DNA from: Sedimentisphaerales bacterium
Lineage (GTDB): Bacteria; Planctomycetota; Phycisphaerae; Sedimentisphaerales; Anaerobacaceae
Assembly (NCBI GenBank): GCA_963708075.1
Contig: OY970194.1
Location: 1 to 64,000, forward strand
DNA length: 64,000 nucleotides
Reading direction: 5' to 3'
Positions 61,867 through 64,000 of this stretch are shown here, piece by piece. The position numbers and the translations under genes were made by a program. The notes beneath the pieces are model-generated. The model saw nothing but the letters and a program-made list of their open reading frames with translations, had not been told where the DNA came from and did not search any database. Each line of letters starts with the position of its first letter. Position 1 is the stretch's first letter.

Positions 61867-63489
61867 ATGCGAAGGAGAGTGTTGGTCGTCTGTGCAGTCG
61901 CGGTCGTCACGGCTCTTGTCTCGCCTGTCTGGTCGGCCGCCGAACATCCGCGCAACGTGATTCTCATCGGCTGGGACGGGGCCCAGAGGGAGCACGTGGA
62001 TCAGTGCCTCGGTCGAAACGAGCTGCCCAACCTCAAAAAGCTGATCGATCAGGGCAAGTACGTCAAGATCGACGTGGAAGGGACTACGGATACGAAGGCC
62101 GGCTGGTCTCAGATCCTCACTGGGTACTACCCCGAAGTCACGGGCGTGTACAGCAACGGCAGGTACCAGCCTGTCCCGAAGGGACTGAGCGTCTTTGAAC
62201 GCCTGGAGAAGCAGTTCGGGACGGACGACTTCGTCACCGTGGCGGTCATCGGCAAGAAACAGCACTGCGGCGAGATCGATCCTCCCAAGAAGATCCGGCT
62301 GGATGAGGAGCAGAAACAACAGGCCAACAACGGAGAAAATCAAAATCAAAAGAAGAAGGCCGCCAAGAAGAAGAACCAGCAGCCGGGCGCCGGCAAGAAA
62401 CCCGCAGGCAAGATTGTTGAAGAGAACGGCGTGAAGTATCGCGTCACCCCCGGCTCACCGTACTATGAGATGCACAACGCGCTGGAAGTCTGGGAATTCG
62501 GACTGATGGAGGACCAGAAGGTCGGCACGCGAGCGATCGAGCTCCTGGACAAGTACAAGGACAAGCCCTTCGTTTTCTTCGTGCACTTTGCAGAAGTGGA
62601 CCATGCCGGCCACAAGAACGGCGAGAACTCCAGGGAATACAACGACGCCTTGATCTCCAACGATCTTTGGACCGGCAAGATCATGGACAAGATCAGAGAG
62701 CTGGGGCTGGCCGACAAGACTCAGGTCTATGTGACGGCCGATCATGGCTTCGATGAGGATGGGAAGACCCACAAATTTGCGCCATATGTGTTCCTGGCTA
62801 CGAACAACAAGGCTGTTGCCCGCGATGGGCGACGGCAGGACGTTACCCCGACGATTCTTGAAGCGTTTGGGGCGGACTTTGCTGCCATGCAGCCTCGCCT
62901 GGATGGTATTTCGCTGACGAAAGCGGACAGCCGCGCCGCCGCGAAACTCGGTCCGGCCAAACCTGCGCAGGCAGCGCCGAAACCGCAAGAGCCCCCGAAG
63001 AGGCCGGACGTCGTATATGTCCCCACGCCCCAGGAAGTCGTCGATAAGATGCTGGAGATGGCCCAGGTGACCAAAGACGACCTGGTGTATGATCTGGGTT
63101 GCGGGGACGGCCGGATCGTAGTCACTGCGGCCAAGAATTATGGCTGCAAGGCATTTGGTTTCGACGTGGACCCGCGACGCATCAAGGACTCCAACGAGAA
63201 CGTCCAGAAGAGTGGCGTCGGCGACCTGGTCACCATCGTGCAGAAGGACATCTTTACACTGGACCTGAGCAAGGTGAACGTCGTCACGCTGTACCTGCTG
63301 CCGAGCCTGAACGTGAAGCTGATCCCGCAGTTGGAGAGACTCAAACCCGGCTCCAGGATCGTCTCGCACGACTTTGATATGCGGGGCGTCAAGCCCGATC
63401 AGGTCGTCGAGGTGACCTCCGCGAACGGCGCCGAGCACACGGTCTACCTCTGGACCACCCCCCTGAAGAAAGAGCTGCAAACAGAGTGA
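61867..63489 (+). CDS. Secreted alkaline-phosphatase-superfamily domain fused to a class I SAM methyltransferase
   Basis: Signal peptide; ILIGWDG, DTKAGW, VDHAGH, TADHG; then PDV.YVPTP, YDLGCGDGRI, VSHDF. Confidence 0.85.
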   Translation: MRRRVLVVCAVAVVTALVSPVWSAAEHPRNVILIGWDGAQREHVDQCLGRNELPNLKKLIDQGKYVKIDVEGTTDTKAGWSQILTGYYPEVTGVYSNGRYQPVPKGLSVFERLEKQFGTDDFVTVAVIGKKQHCGEIDPPKKIRLDEEQKQQANNGENQNQKKKAAKKKNQQPGAGKKPAGKIVEENGVKYRVTPGSPYYEMHNALEVWEFGLMEDQKVGTRAIELLDKYKDKPFVFFVHFAEVDHAGHKNGENSREYNDALISNDLWTGKIMDKIRELGLADKTQVYVTADHGFDEDGKTHKFAPYVFLATNNKAVARDGRRQDVTPTILEAFGADFAAMQPRLDGISLTKADSRAAAKLGPAKPAQAAPKPQEPPKRPDVVYVPTPQEVVDKMLEMAQVTKDDLVYDLGCGDGRIVVTAAKNYGCKAFGFDVDPRRIKDSNENVQKSGVGDLVTIVQKDIFTLDLSKVNVVTLYLLPSLNVKLIPQLERLKPGSRIVSHDFDMRGVKPDQVVEVTSANGAEHTVYLWTTPLKKELQTE

Positions 63490-63560
63490 TTAAACTGTCG
63501 CCGGTCTGCATTGTGGCGACTGAGCGATACATAGGGATTTCGGAAAGGATTGGGATTGCT

Positions 63561-64000
63561 ATGAGTATCAAGGATGTGAAGTGCATTTTGGCTGTGGTCT
63601 GCCTCATTATTGCGGGGTGTGCTCCGGACAAAGCACCATCGGAGAAGGCGGCGAGCCAGAGTTCGCCATCCGCCGCGCCGGCGAACAGCGCTACCGGCAG
63701 CGCCGCTAGTCAACCAGTGTCATCACCGGTCAGCAAGGAGACGCCGGCGACCACCTCGCCCGCACCTCAGACTGTGGCGACCGAGGCCACCGCTGAACCA
63801 GTGGCAGAGACAAAGCATCCGGACGTGATCTTCGTCCCCACGCCCCACGAAGTGGTTGCAAAGATGCTGGAACTGGCTCAGGTGACCAAGGACGACGTGG
63901 TCTATGACCTCGGCTGCGGGGACGGCCGAATCGTGGTGGCGGCCGCGAAGCTGGGCTGCAAGGCCTACGGCTTCGACGTCGATCCCCAGCGAATCCAGGA
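63561..64000 (+). CDS. Lipoprotein with a Ser/Pro/Ala-rich linker and a SAM methyltransferase domain (runs off the window)
   Basis: Not in the ORF track because it has no stop in the window. MSIKDVKCILAVVCLIIAGC lipobox; in-frame PDVIFVPTP and YDLGCGDGRI. Confidence 0.85.
   Translation, partial: MSIKDVKCILAVVCLIIAGCAPDKAPSEKAASQSSPSAAPANSATGSAASQPVSSPVSKETPATTSPAPQTVATEATAEPVAETKHPDVIFVPTPHEVVAKMLELAQVTKDDVVYDLGCGDGRIVVAAAKLGCKAYGFDVDPQRIQ

Noticed and set aside
1..64000. CRISPR array, tRNA/rRNA genes, prophage
   Set aside because: No regularly spaced direct repeats, cloverleaf or rRNA signatures, or phage genes seen by eye.

Overview
GC-rich bacterial chromosomal window. It is probably from Planctomycetota (Phycisphaerae/Sedimentisphaerales-like), inferred from a C-terminal H-X9-DG-type pseudopilin module, VPAPG-type PEP-CTERM tails and many secreted repeat proteins. 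Housekeeping content: xth with a GT4 fusion; an Rrf2-cysK-cysE-nadA-nifU-nifS operon; gcvT-H-PA-PB; scattered shikimate genes (ADH synthase-like, aroB with a DRE-TIM aldolase, aroD-aroE fusion); rpmH; ptsP. Accessory content: secreted hydrolases (GH43, GH32, M14, M23, Ntn hydrolase, serine hydrolase), two TA pairs, two complete IS elements (ISAs1 and IS4 families, both with TIRs and TSDs) and several REP-like palindrome families. The strongest unexplained signals are: (1) a near-consensus sigma70 promoter followed by about 10 A(N)GGA motifs, several in hairpin loops, a candidate CsrB/RsmZ-like RNA at about 22.5-22.8 kb; (2) a 60-bp GTAG REP doublet inserted in frame in aroE; (3) seven frameshifts, where all three +1 events fall on the same heptamer GAGAACC, suggesting a methylation-linked basecalling artefact; (4) exported SAM-methyltransferase paralogs. 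All calls come from reading the sequence and translations; no searches were run.
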